This document shows, in pieces, positions 17,298-25,173 of a stretch of 32,000 nucleotides of DNA. The notes below the pieces were generated by a model. It saw only the letters and a program-made list of their open reading frames with translations, did no database searches and was not told the DNA's origin. The stretch is from Sinorhizobium meliloti. Lineage in GTDB: Bacteria; Pseudomonadota; Alphaproteobacteria; Rhizobiales; Rhizobiaceae. Each line of letters begins with the position of its first letter. The first letter of the stretch is position 1. The DNA is taken from contig NZ_JAGIOS010000002.1 in assembly GCF_017876815.1 (NCBI RefSeq), forward strand, positions 1,530,001 through 1,562,000. The letters are read 5' to 3'. The position numbers and the translations under genes are program-made.

Positions 17298-18527
17298 ATG
17301 AACGAGATCCGCCCGATCCGGGCCAAGAGCGGCACCAATCAGGAGGGCGCGAGCGCACACAACCGCCGTGTCATGATCGACGCTCTGCGGCTGAACGGGC
17401 ATCTGTCCCGGGCCGATCTGGCGCGTGCGACCGCACTCACCAAGCAGGCCGTTTCCAACATCATCGAGGAGCTCGAGAACGACGGGCTCGTGGCGTCGCT
17501 TGCCGCGGTGCGCAAGGGGCGGGGACAGCCATCGACGCCCTATCGGCTGGTACCGGAAGGCGCCTTTGCCATCGGCCTTCAGATCGACCGGCACGTGACG
17601 CGCACGGTCGCCGTCGACCTGATCGGCACAGTCCTCGCCCGCAACGAGGTGATCCTGCCGGCCGGCGGTCCTGAGACGGGTGTCGAGGCCATACTCACCC
17701 TGATCGACGAAACACGGCAGGAACTTTCGGCCATGGCACCGCAATCCAGGGACCGTCTGGTGGGTCTGGGTGTGGCGATGCCGGGCCCGTTCGGCGTCGA
17801 CGCCGACGCCGACGATCCCTGGATGATGGCTGCCTGGCAGAGCTTTCCCTTGCTTGAAAGGCTCGCGGCCGGGACTGGTCTCGACGTGCGCCTCCAGAAC
17901 GACGCGGCGGCGGCCGCGACCGCGGAAAAGATGGTCGGCGCTGCCCATGGAGTCGACCACGCCCTCTGCGTCTATCTCGGTTACGGTCTTGGAGCGGGAC
18001 TGATCCTCAATGGCGAACTCTATCGTGGCGCGCATGGCAATGCCGGCGAGATCGGCATGATTTTGAGCAGGCCGCGTGGCGGCGCCGACGACGGGAGGGC
18101 ACCGCTGGAGCACCGGATATCGATCGCCTCTCTGTGCAAGATTCTCGAGATCGATCCCGCCGATGGCGATCTCTACGGCCGCATCGACGCCGTCGCTCAC
18201 TTGAAGGATCGTCGCGTAGCTGCCTGGATCGCAGAGGCGGCGTTCGAATTGCGGGCGACGATCCAGTTGCTCGAAACGGTTTTCGATCCGCAGATGATCA
18301 TTCTATGCGGCGGCATGCCATCCGGGCTCGCTCGCCTTCTCATGGACGCTCTCCACCCGCTGCTGCCGTCGATCGCCGAGCGGCGGCAACGCAGCGCGCC
18401 GCGGCTGCAACTGGGTTTCACGGACCCGTGGGCGGTTGCGATCGGTGCCGCGGCCGAGCCGATCAGCCGGACCTTCGATCCGCGCTTTTCAGCGATCCTA
18501 AAGACGCGGGCCGCGGGGCCGCCCTGA
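17298..18527 (+). CDS. ROK-family transcriptional regulator (NagC/XylR-like)
   Basis: Frame of track ORF 17277..18527. I prefer the ATG at 17298, which has AAGAGGG 7 nt upstream. It has an N-terminal wHTH (NRRVMIDALRLNGHLSRADLARATALTKQAVSNIIEELENDGLV) and a ROK sugar-binding domain with the GAHGNAGEIG motif. Confidence 0.85.
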   Translation: MNEIRPIRAKSGTNQEGASAHNRRVMIDALRLNGHLSRADLARATALTKQAVSNIIEELENDGLVASLAAVRKGRGQPSTPYRLVPEGAFAIGLQIDRHVTRTVAVDLIGTVLARNEVILPAGGPETGVEAILTLIDETRQELSAMAPQSRDRLVGLGVAMPGPFGVDADADDPWMMAAWQSFPLLERLAAGTGLDVRLQNDAAAAATAEKMVGAAHGVDHALCVYLGYGLGAGLILNGELYRGAHGNAGEIGMILSRPRGGADDGRAPLEHRISIASLCKILEIDPADGDLYGRIDAVAHLKDRRVAAWIAEAAFELRATIQLLETVFDPQMIILCGGMPSGLARLLMDALHPLLPSIAERRQRSAPRLQLGFTDPWAVAIGAAAEPISRTFDPRFSAILKTRAAGPP

Positions 18528-18734
18528 GCGCTAACGGCGTGGCGAATCGCTCGCGAAAATACGGATTGTTATTCTTACTTGAAATATTGCCGATATAGCG
18601 CTTAAATGCGCACCAGTCGGCGGGATCACATTTAACTGCTGCATGATTATTTGATTGCGTCTGCAACATTTCGCAGGCGGCTACATTTTTATTTGCATAC
18701 CATTTTTATTATCTAAAATCAGAGGGATTGCGAT

Positions 18735-19634
18735 ATGTCTCTTCCCCATCTTCGGCGGCTTGAAGCCGAAGCGATCCATGTCATTCGAGAAGTTGTTGCG
18801 ACATTCTCCAATCCGGTCGTGCTTTACTCGATCGGCAAAGACTCCTCGGTACTGCTGCACCTGGCGATGAAGGCGTTCTACCCCGCCAAGCCGCCATTTC
18901 CATTCCTGCATGTAGATACCAAATGGAAGTTCCGGGAGATGATCGAGTTTCGCGACCGGATGGCGCGAGAGCTCGGCTTCGATCTCCTCGTCCACGTCAA
19001 TCAGGACGGGGTCGAGCAGGGCATCGGGCCATTCACGCACGGTTCCAACGTGCACACCCATGTCATGAAGACGATGGGGCTCCGGCAGGCGCTCGAGAAA
19101 TACGGTTTCGACGCGGCGCTCGCAGGCGCGCGGCGCGACGAGGAGAAGTCGCGCGCCAAGGAACGCATCTTCTCGATTCGCAGCGCCCAGCACGGCTGGG
19201 ATCCGCAGCGCCAGCGGCCCGAGATGTGGAAGACTTACAATACGCGGGTCGGACAAGGCGAGACGATGCGAGTCTTCCCGCTTTCCAACTGGACCGAATT
19301 CGACATCTGGCAGTACATCCTGCGCGAGGAAATTCCGATCGTGCCGCTTTATTTCGCGGCCAGGCGCCCGGTCGTGAAGCGAGAGGGTATGCTGATCATG
19401 GTCGACGACGACCGCATGCCCATCCAACCCGAAGAGGAGGTTACCGAACAGCTCGTGCGTTTCCGCACGCTTGGCTGCTATCCGCTGACCGGGGCGGTCG
19501 AGTCCGACGCTGTCACCGTTCCCGAGATATTGCGGGAAATGCTGACGGTGCGCACGTCCGAACGGCAGAGCCGGCTGATCGACACGGATGAGGTCGGGGC
19601 GATGGAGAAAAAGAAGCGGGAGGGCTACTTCTGA
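18735..19634 (+). CDS. cysD: sulfate adenylyltransferase subunit 2 (CysD / NodP)
   Basis: 299-aa ORF with the PP-loop motif [12 protein letters not shown] and the conserved stretch [20 protein letters not shown]. The stop shares one base with the next start (TGATG). Confidence 0.95.
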   Translation: MSLPHLRRLEAEAIHVIREVVATFSNPVVLYSIGKDSSVLLHLAMKAFYPAKPPFPFLHVDTKWKFREMIEFRDRMARELGFDLLVHVNQDGVEQGIGPFTHGSNVHTHVMKTMGLRQALEKYGFDAALAGARRDEEKSRAKERIFSIRSAQHGWDPQRQRPEMWKTYNTRVGQGETMRVFPLSNWTEFDIWQYILREEIPIVPLYFAARRPVVKREGMLIMVDDDRMPIQPEEEVTEQLVRFRTLGCYPLTGAVESDAVTVPEILREMLTVRTSERQSRLIDTDEVGAMEKKKREGYF

Positions 19635-21535
19635 TGTCGTATGTTCAATCCATACCACCGCATGACATTGAAGCGCATCTGGCCGAGCACGACAACAAGT
19701 CGATCCTGAGATTCATCACTTGCGGCTCGGTCGACGACGGCAAATCGACCCTGATCGGGCGACTGCTTTACGATGCGAAGCTGGTCTTCGAAGACCAGCT
19801 CGCAAACCTCGGGCGGGTCGGCTCTCCCGGCACCGCCAACGGTAAGGAGATCGATCTCGCCTTGCTTCTCGACGGGCTTGAGGCCGAGCGCGAGCAGGGC
19901 ATCACCATCGACGTGGCCTATCGCTACTTCGCCACGTCCAAACGCAAGTTCATCGTCGCCGATACGCCCGGCCACGAGGAATATACGCGCAACATGGTGA
20001 CCGGCGCTTCTACGGCGGATCTCGCCATCATCCTCATCGACAGCCGGCAGGGCATTCTCCAGCAGACCCGGCGCCACTCCTATATCGCCTCACTCCTCGG
20101 CATCCGCCATGTCGTGCTGGCCGTCAACAAGATCGATCTGGTTGATTATCAACAACAGGTGTACGAGGAAATCGTCGCCGACTACATGGCTTTCGCCAAA
20201 GAGCTCGGTTTTGCCAGCATACGGCCAATCCCGATCTCGGCGCGAGACGGCGACAACGTCATCTCGGCTTCCACCAATACGCCCTGGTACAGAGGGGCGG
20301 CGCTGCTCGAATATCTGGAAACGGTCGAACTCGAGCCAACGGACGAGGCAAGGCCTTTCCGCTTCCCGGTTCAGATGGTCATGCGGCCGAACGCGGATTT
20401 TCGCGGCTATGCCGGGCAGATCTCCTGCGGGAGGATTTCCGTGGGCGATCCGGTCGCCGTCGCGAAGACCGGGCAGCGCACATCGGTCAAGGCGATCGTG
20501 ACCTTTGACGGGGAGCTTGCGACGGCAGAGGAAGGCGAAGCGGTGACACTGGTCCTCTCTGACGAGGTGGATGCGTCCCGCGGCAATATGCTCGTCGCCC
20601 CCGGTGCCCGGCCCTTCGTGGCGGACCAGTTCCAGGCGCATGTGATCTGGTTCGATGCGAACCCGATGATGCCGGGACGAAGCTATATCCTGCGCACGGA
20701 GACCGACAGCGTCAGCGCGACGGTCACCACGCTCAAGCACCAGGTCAACATCAACAGCTTCATCCGTGAGGCGGCGAAGTCGCTGCAGATGAATGAAGTG
20801 GGTGTCTGCAACATCTCGACACAGGCGCCGATCGCCTTCGACGCCTACAAGGACAACCGGGCGACGGGCAATTTCATCATCGTCGACCGGGTGACGAATG
20901 CCACGGTTGGTGCGGGGTTGATCGATTTTCCGCTCCGGCGCGCAGACAACGTCCACTGGCATGCGCTCGAGGTTAACAAGAGCGCGCGCAGCGCCATGAA
21001 AAATCAGCTCCCTGCAGTTCTCTGGTTCACCGGGCTTTCCGGCTCCGGAAAATCGACCATCGCGAACGAGCTCGACAGGATCCTCCACGCTCAGGGCAAG
21101 CATACCTACCTGCTCGACGGCGACAATGTGCGTCACGGCCTTAACCGGGACCTCGGCTTTACCGAGGAGGACCGGGTAGAGAACATCCGCCGCGTGGCGG
21201 AGGTGGCCAAGCTCATGGCCGATGCCGGTCTGATCGTTCTCGTCTCCTTCATCTCGCCGTTCCGAGACGAGCGGCGGATGGCGCGGGAATTGATGGCGGA
21301 GGGCGAGTTCATCGAGATATTCGTCGACACGCCGCTCGACGAGTGTGCGCGCCGCGATCCGAAGGGGCTCTACGAGAAGGCGCTCGCCGGCAAGATCGCG
21401 AACTTCACCGGCGTATCCTCGCCCTATGAGGCCCCGGAAAATCCGGAACTCCATATACGCACCGTCGGCCATGAACCGACCGACCTGGCGCTCGCGATCG
21501 AGGAATTCCTTGACCGCAGGATGGAGGACAAATGA
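19634..21535 (+). CDS. cysNC: bifunctional sulfate adenylyltransferase subunit 1 / adenylylsulfate (APS) kinase (CysN-CysC fusion, NodQ-type)
   Basis: 633-aa ORF. The N-terminal GTPase has G1 [17 protein letters not shown] and NKID. The C-terminal APS kinase has the P-loop [14 protein letters not shown] plus [11 protein letters not shown]. This fused architecture is the one known from rhizobial NodQ. Confidence 0.95.
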   Translation: MSYVQSIPPHDIEAHLAEHDNKSILRFITCGSVDDGKSTLIGRLLYDAKLVFEDQLANLGRVGSPGTANGKEIDLALLLDGLEAEREQGITIDVAYRYFATSKRKFIVADTPGHEEYTRNMVTGASTADLAIILIDSRQGILQQTRRHSYIASLLGIRHVVLAVNKIDLVDYQQQVYEEIVADYMAFAKELGFASIRPIPISARDGDNVISASTNTPWYRGAALLEYLETVELEPTDEARPFRFPVQMVMRPNADFRGYAGQISCGRISVGDPVAVAKTGQRTSVKAIVTFDGELATAEEGEAVTLVLSDEVDASRGNMLVAPGARPFVADQFQAHVIWFDANPMMPGRSYILRTETDSVSATVTTLKHQVNINSFIREAAKSLQMNEVGVCNISTQAPIAFDAYKDNRATGNFIIVDRVTNATVGAGLIDFPLRRADNVHWHALEVNKSARSAMKNQLPAVLWFTGLSGSGKSTIANELDRILHAQGKHTYLLDGDNVRHGLNRDLGFTEEDRVENIRRVAEVAKLMADAGLIVLVSFISPFRDERRMARELMAEGEFIEIFVDTPLDECARRDPKGLYEKALAGKIANFTGVSSPYEAPENPELHIRTVGHEPTDLALAIEEFLDRRMEDK

Positions 21536-22371
21536 CGCCCCTTTGCAAAATGCTGGAGCGCATAGCGCTCGATGCGGGAGCGGCAATTCTCGAGGTCTAC
21601 GACGCCGGTCCCCAAGTCTGCTACAAGGACGATCACTCGCCCGTCACCGAAGCCGACGAGCGGGCCGAAGCGATCATTCTCGAGAGACTTGCGGCGGCGT
21701 TTCCGCACATCCCCGTGGTTGCCGAGGAGTCTGTTTCCTCGGGCCGCGTTCCGGATATCAGCGGCGGCACGTTCTTTCTCGTCGATCCGCTCGACGGCAC
21801 GAAGGAATTCATCAATCGCCGAAACGACTTCACCGTCAACATTGCCCTCATCGAGGGCAATGTGCCGGTTGCCGGCATCGTCTATGCACCCGCGCAGCGC
21901 TGCGCCTATGTCGCCGACGGCGGCAGGGCGGAAAAGCTTCTGCTCGATCCGGCATGGGCACTCGAACACCGGCAGTCGATCCGCGTGAGGATGCGGGGTG
22001 TGGAACTGACGGCGGTTGCCAGCCGCTCGCACAACAGTTCCGAGACCGAGGCCTTCCTCAACGGCCACGGCGTCATGAACTACGCTTCCGTGGGCTCGTC
22101 GCTGAAATTCTGCCTGCTGGCTGAGGGCAAGGCGGACGTCTATCCGCGGTTCGGCCGCACGATGGAGTGGGATACGGCCGCCGGCGACGCGGTGCTGAAA
22201 GCTGCCGGCGGATCGGTCGTCCGCTTGGACGGCTCGCGCCTCCTCTACGGCAAGACGGTGCAGGAGGAGGACAGCGCCTTCGCAAACCCGCACTTCATCG
22301 CCTGGGCGGATATGTCCTCGCTCCACCTGTCCGGCGCCGAGGGTCTTCAGCCTGCTTACGCGCTGTCGTGA
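21532..22371 (+). CDS. cysQ: 3'(2'),5'-bisphosphate nucleotidase CysQ (inositol monophosphatase superfamily)
   Basis: 279-aa ORF whose ATG overlaps the cysNC stop (ATGA). It has the motifs [17 protein letters not shown] and [10 protein letters not shown], typical of CysQ/IMPase. Confidence 0.85.
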   Translation: MTPLCKMLERIALDAGAAILEVYDAGPQVCYKDDHSPVTEADERAEAIILERLAAAFPHIPVVAEESVSSGRVPDISGGTFFLVDPLDGTKEFINRRNDFTVNIALIEGNVPVAGIVYAPAQRCAYVADGGRAEKLLLDPAWALEHRQSIRVRMRGVELTAVASRSHNSSETEAFLNGHGVMNYASVGSSLKFCLLAEGKADVYPRFGRTMEWDTAAGDAVLKAAGGSVVRLDGSRLLYGKTVQEEDSAFANPHFIAWADMSSLHLSGAEGLQPAYALS

Positions 22372-22417
22372 ACAGTGAGATGTCCGCCGCAGCTTTTGTC
22401 AAAGGGCCGAGTGACGC

Positions 22418-23158
22418 ATGAATGGACAGGAGAAGATACGTGCTGGCAGGCCTGTGTTCTGCCGCTATCGGGACATCAGCCGAGAGCAACTGAACGTGGA
22501 GTTCCAGGTTCACACGAGTTGGACCGACGGGCAGGCGACTGCGCTTGAAATCCTGCAAACGGCCAGTGAACGCGGTCTCGCAGAGCTGGCTTTCACGGAG
22601 CACGTACGCGAAGACACGTCATGGTTTCCTGAGTTCAGAGACGAGATCCGCTCCGCTGCGCGTGGTTTTGATCATATGAGCGTCTATGTCGGCTGCGAGA
22701 CGAAAGCGATGGATGACGACGGCAGGCTGGATGTGTCGCAGGACGTGCTGGACGGATGCGATATCGTTCTCGGCGTCGTTCACAGGCTCCCGGACGGACG
22801 CGGCGGCTATCTGGATTTCAAGCGGCTTTCCTATGAAGAGACCGCCGGGATCGAGTTTCGCCTGTCGATGGGAATGGTCAAAAACGCGCCCATCGACGTC
22901 CTGGCGCATCCGGGCGGCATGAGCCTGAGGCGGCACGGGCGTTTTCCGGAAACCTATTTCAGGGACTTGATGAGAGCGACCGTCGAACGGCGGATCGCGA
23001 TCGAGATCAACTCCTCCTACCTCGTCGACATGCCGGCGTTTCTGGCCCTGTGCGAGGAGGTCAATCCGTTCGTTTCGATCGGTTCCGATGCGCACCGGTT
23101 GAGCGAACTGGGCCATTGCAGAGATCAGCTAATCGAATTGGGAGCAGGGCGGTCATGA
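22418..23158 (+). CDS. PHP-domain metal-dependent phosphoesterase (PolX/YcdX/HisJ-like), substrate unknown
   Basis: 246-aa ORF. PHP motifs are visible: QVHTSWTDG (motif I, with the first His replaced by Gln), FTEH, VVHR, LAHPG and GSDAH. It lies 46 nt after cysQ. Confidence 0.75.
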   Translation: MNGQEKIRAGRPVFCRYRDISREQLNVEFQVHTSWTDGQATALEILQTASERGLAELAFTEHVREDTSWFPEFRDEIRSAARGFDHMSVYVGCETKAMDDDGRLDVSQDVLDGCDIVLGVVHRLPDGRGGYLDFKRLSYEETAGIEFRLSMGMVKNAPIDVLAHPGGMSLRRHGRFPETYFRDLMRATVERRIAIEINSSYLVDMPAFLALCEEVNPFVSIGSDAHRLSELGHCRDQLIELGAGRS

Positions 23159-24147
23159 AGGTCTTTATCACCGGGGCAGGTGCCCTGCTCGGGCAAGGCA
23201 TCATTCGCGCTCTACGGCGCTCGACCTTGAACGCGAGGATAATCGTGGGAGACCCAAGTCCGCTCTCGGCCGGGCTTTACTGGGGGGATGCCGCCTATCT
23301 CGTGCCGATGGCCAAGGACCCTTCATATCTGGACCGGCTTGGCGAACTCCTGCATGCCGAACGGCCCGACATCCTCATTCCGGGAACCGACGTGGAACTT
23401 CCGATCCTCGCGGCGAACAGGAACGCGATCGAGAGAACCTACGGAACCAAGGTGATCATCAGTTCGCCGCGGGTGGTGTCGATCGCCAACGACAAGTGGC
23501 TGACCTCCGAGTTCTTTCGCGAGCGCGGCCTGGGATATGTTCCCTCCTGTCTGCCGGGCGATGAAGACGCTCTGATTCAGGAATGCGGATTTCCGCTCGT
23601 CATCAAACCGAGAGTCGGGGCACGTTCGATCGGCTTCAGCGTCGTTCGCAACCGCGAGCAGTTGGCGCGCGCAATTGAGGAGCAGCCCGGGATCGTGATC
23701 CAGAAACATGTCGGCTCCGAAACGAGCGAGTACACCGCCGGCACGCTGACCTTCAACGGGAAGTGCCGTGCGACGATCGTCATGCGCCGGGACCTTCGGG
23801 ACGGCAATACCTACAGGGCATTTGCAGAGCCTTTCCCCGCACTGAACAAGGCCATGGCAGAAGCTGCCGATGCCCTCGGTGCCTATGGTCCGGCGAACTT
23901 CCAGTTCCGTCTGGACGACGGTGTCCCCCGCATCTTCGAGATCAATGCGCGGTTCTCCGGAACCACGGCGGTCAGGATCCATGCGGGCTTCAACGAGGTG
24001 GAGATGTGCATCCGCCATCTTCTCTTCGACGAGCCGATCGAGCAGCCGCAGATCACGCCGGTGACGATATTGCGGCACTGGTCTGAAACCGTGGTGAGCC
24101 CCGGCGACCTGGTCACTGCGCCCGCGAAACTCGACGAGACGGTGTGA
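23155..24147 (+). CDS. ATP-grasp family ligase (carbamoyl-phosphate-synthase-L-chain-like fold), substrate unknown
   Basis: This is the real 3' part of track ORF 23050..24147. The start is the ATG at 23155 (MKVFITGAGALLGQGIIRAL...), overlapping the PHP stop (ATGA). It has a pre-ATP-grasp N-domain, the ATP-binding segment FPLVIKPRVGARSIGF and the catalytic E-x-N motif IFEINARFSGTT. About 330 aa. Confidence 0.8.
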   Translation: MKVFITGAGALLGQGIIRALRRSTLNARIIVGDPSPLSAGLYWGDAAYLVPMAKDPSYLDRLGELLHAERPDILIPGTDVELPILAANRNAIERTYGTKVIISSPRVVSIANDKWLTSEFFRERGLGYVPSCLPGDEDALIQECGFPLVIKPRVGARSIGFSVVRNREQLARAIEEQPGIVIQKHVGSETSEYTAGTLTFNGKCRATIVMRRDLRDGNTYRAFAEPFPALNKAMAEAADALGAYGPANFQFRLDDGVPRIFEINARFSGTTAVRIHAGFNEVEMCIRHLLFDEPIEQPQITPVTILRHWSETVVSPGDLVTAPAKLDETV

Positions 24148-25088
24148 GGAAGATGCGGCTGGTGGTTACCGGCGCGACCGGCTTCATCGGTGCCAGATTG
24201 ATCGATCGTGCCCTGTCGAGAGGGTACGAGGTCACTGCACTTGCGCGCGATCCGGAGCGGGCCGCAGCCAGAATCGGCGCGCGTCTCGGCGTCGAGAAAT
24301 GGTCGATCGGCGATCCTCTCCCGCCGCTAGGTCAATCCGATGCCGTTCTTCATCTTGCCGCCTACATTCCCGCCGATCTCAGCGATGCGCGTCAGGCCGC
24401 CCGATGCTTCGAGATCAACACGAACGGGGCCATCCAGATCGCGATGGAAGCGGCATCGCAGGGCGTGAAGCGTTTTGTCCTGTTCGGATCCGCGCAGGTC
24501 TATGCTCCCGGCACGGAGCCCGCTTCGGAAGCGAGCCCGGCCTATCCCGTGCACCGGGCGAGCTACTATCTGGCGAGCAAGCTCGCGGCCGAAATCTGTG
24601 TGCTGGCCTTCGGCAAATCCAGCGCCATGCCGGTCACGGTGCTCCGCCTCGCATCGGTGTACGGTCCCGGCATGCACGATACCGGAATGGTGCCCACCTT
24701 CGTACGAACACTCGGAAGCGGGCGTTCCCTCGTCATTCAGGACGGGGGGCGATACAGTGTCGACCTAGTCTATGTCGACGATGTCGTGACGCTGGCGCTG
24801 CAGGCGGTGGAGACAGCCGAAGGCGGCGTATTCAATGCGGGGAGCGGGCGTGCTTGCACGTCGCTGGAAGCCGCCCAGATCGTCGCCGATGCAGTCGGGG
24901 CAGAACGGCACCTCATTGCCGTGGAGGGCGACAGCACCGATGCGGCGCCGCGCGGTTTCAGGGTCCTCAACGTTTCCAAGGCCGCAAACGAACTGAGCTA
25001 CGCGCCGCTCTCCTTCCGGGAAGGGATCGAAGCATGGAAATCGATGACGGGCCTGACGGATTTTCAGGACGGGAGCGTGAACGCGTAG
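24144..25088 (+). CDS. NAD(P)-dependent epimerase/dehydratase (extended SDR)
   Basis: 314-aa ORF whose GTG at 24144 overlaps the ATP-grasp stop (GTGA); an alternative ATG lies at 24153. It has the Rossmann motif VVTGATGFIG and the catalytic YxxxK (YLASK). Confidence 0.85.
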   Translation: MRKMRLVVTGATGFIGARLIDRALSRGYEVTALARDPERAAARIGARLGVEKWSIGDPLPPLGQSDAVLHLAAYIPADLSDARQAARCFEINTNGAIQIAMEAASQGVKRFVLFGSAQVYAPGTEPASEASPAYPVHRASYYLASKLAAEICVLAFGKSSAMPVTVLRLASVYGPGMHDTGMVPTFVRTLGSGRSLVIQDGGRYSVDLVYVDDVVTLALQAVETAEGGVFNAGSGRACTSLEAAQIVADAVGAERHLIAVEGDSTDAAPRGFRVLNVSKAANELSYAPLSFREGIEAWKSMTGLTDFQDGSVNA

Positions 25089-25091
25089 TAG

Positions 25092-25152
25092 GCTTCGAAA
25101 CAGGCAATTGGTTCGAAGCGCAGCGACGCGCGTCCATAGACGCGCTGCGCTG
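25092..25152. terminator. two tandem hairpins in the 85-bp convergent gap (possible bidirectional terminator)
   Basis: GCTTCGAA-N12-TTCGAAGC (25092-25119), then CAGCGACGCGCG-N8-CGCGCTGCGCTG (25121-25152; 10 of 12 positions pair). They lie between the SDR stop (25088) and the RTX stop (25174). There are no clear U-tracts, hence the modest confidence. Confidence 0.4.
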
Positions 25153-25173
25153 CGCCGACGCTTCCTTCACCGA

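Noticed and set aside
18528-18734. Possible nod box upstream of the NodP/NodQ-type genes
   Set aside because: I looked for the ATC-N9-GAT / AAACAATCGATTTTACCAATC-type nod-box pattern. The only resemblance is AACAATCCG on the reverse strand (around 18563-18571), which has the wrong orientation and matches poorly elsewhere. No NodD box can be supported.
20090-21586. 498-aa minus-strand ORF opposite cysNC. Similar antisense ORFs occur at 18681..19658, 21424..22326, 23323..24078, 8691..9734, 12147..13661, 17265..18200 and 29286..30452
   Set aside because: All lie antisense to genes with strong family motifs on the other strand. Their translations are Arg/Asp/His/Gly-rich and lack motifs, so I treat them as GC-driven shadow ORFs.
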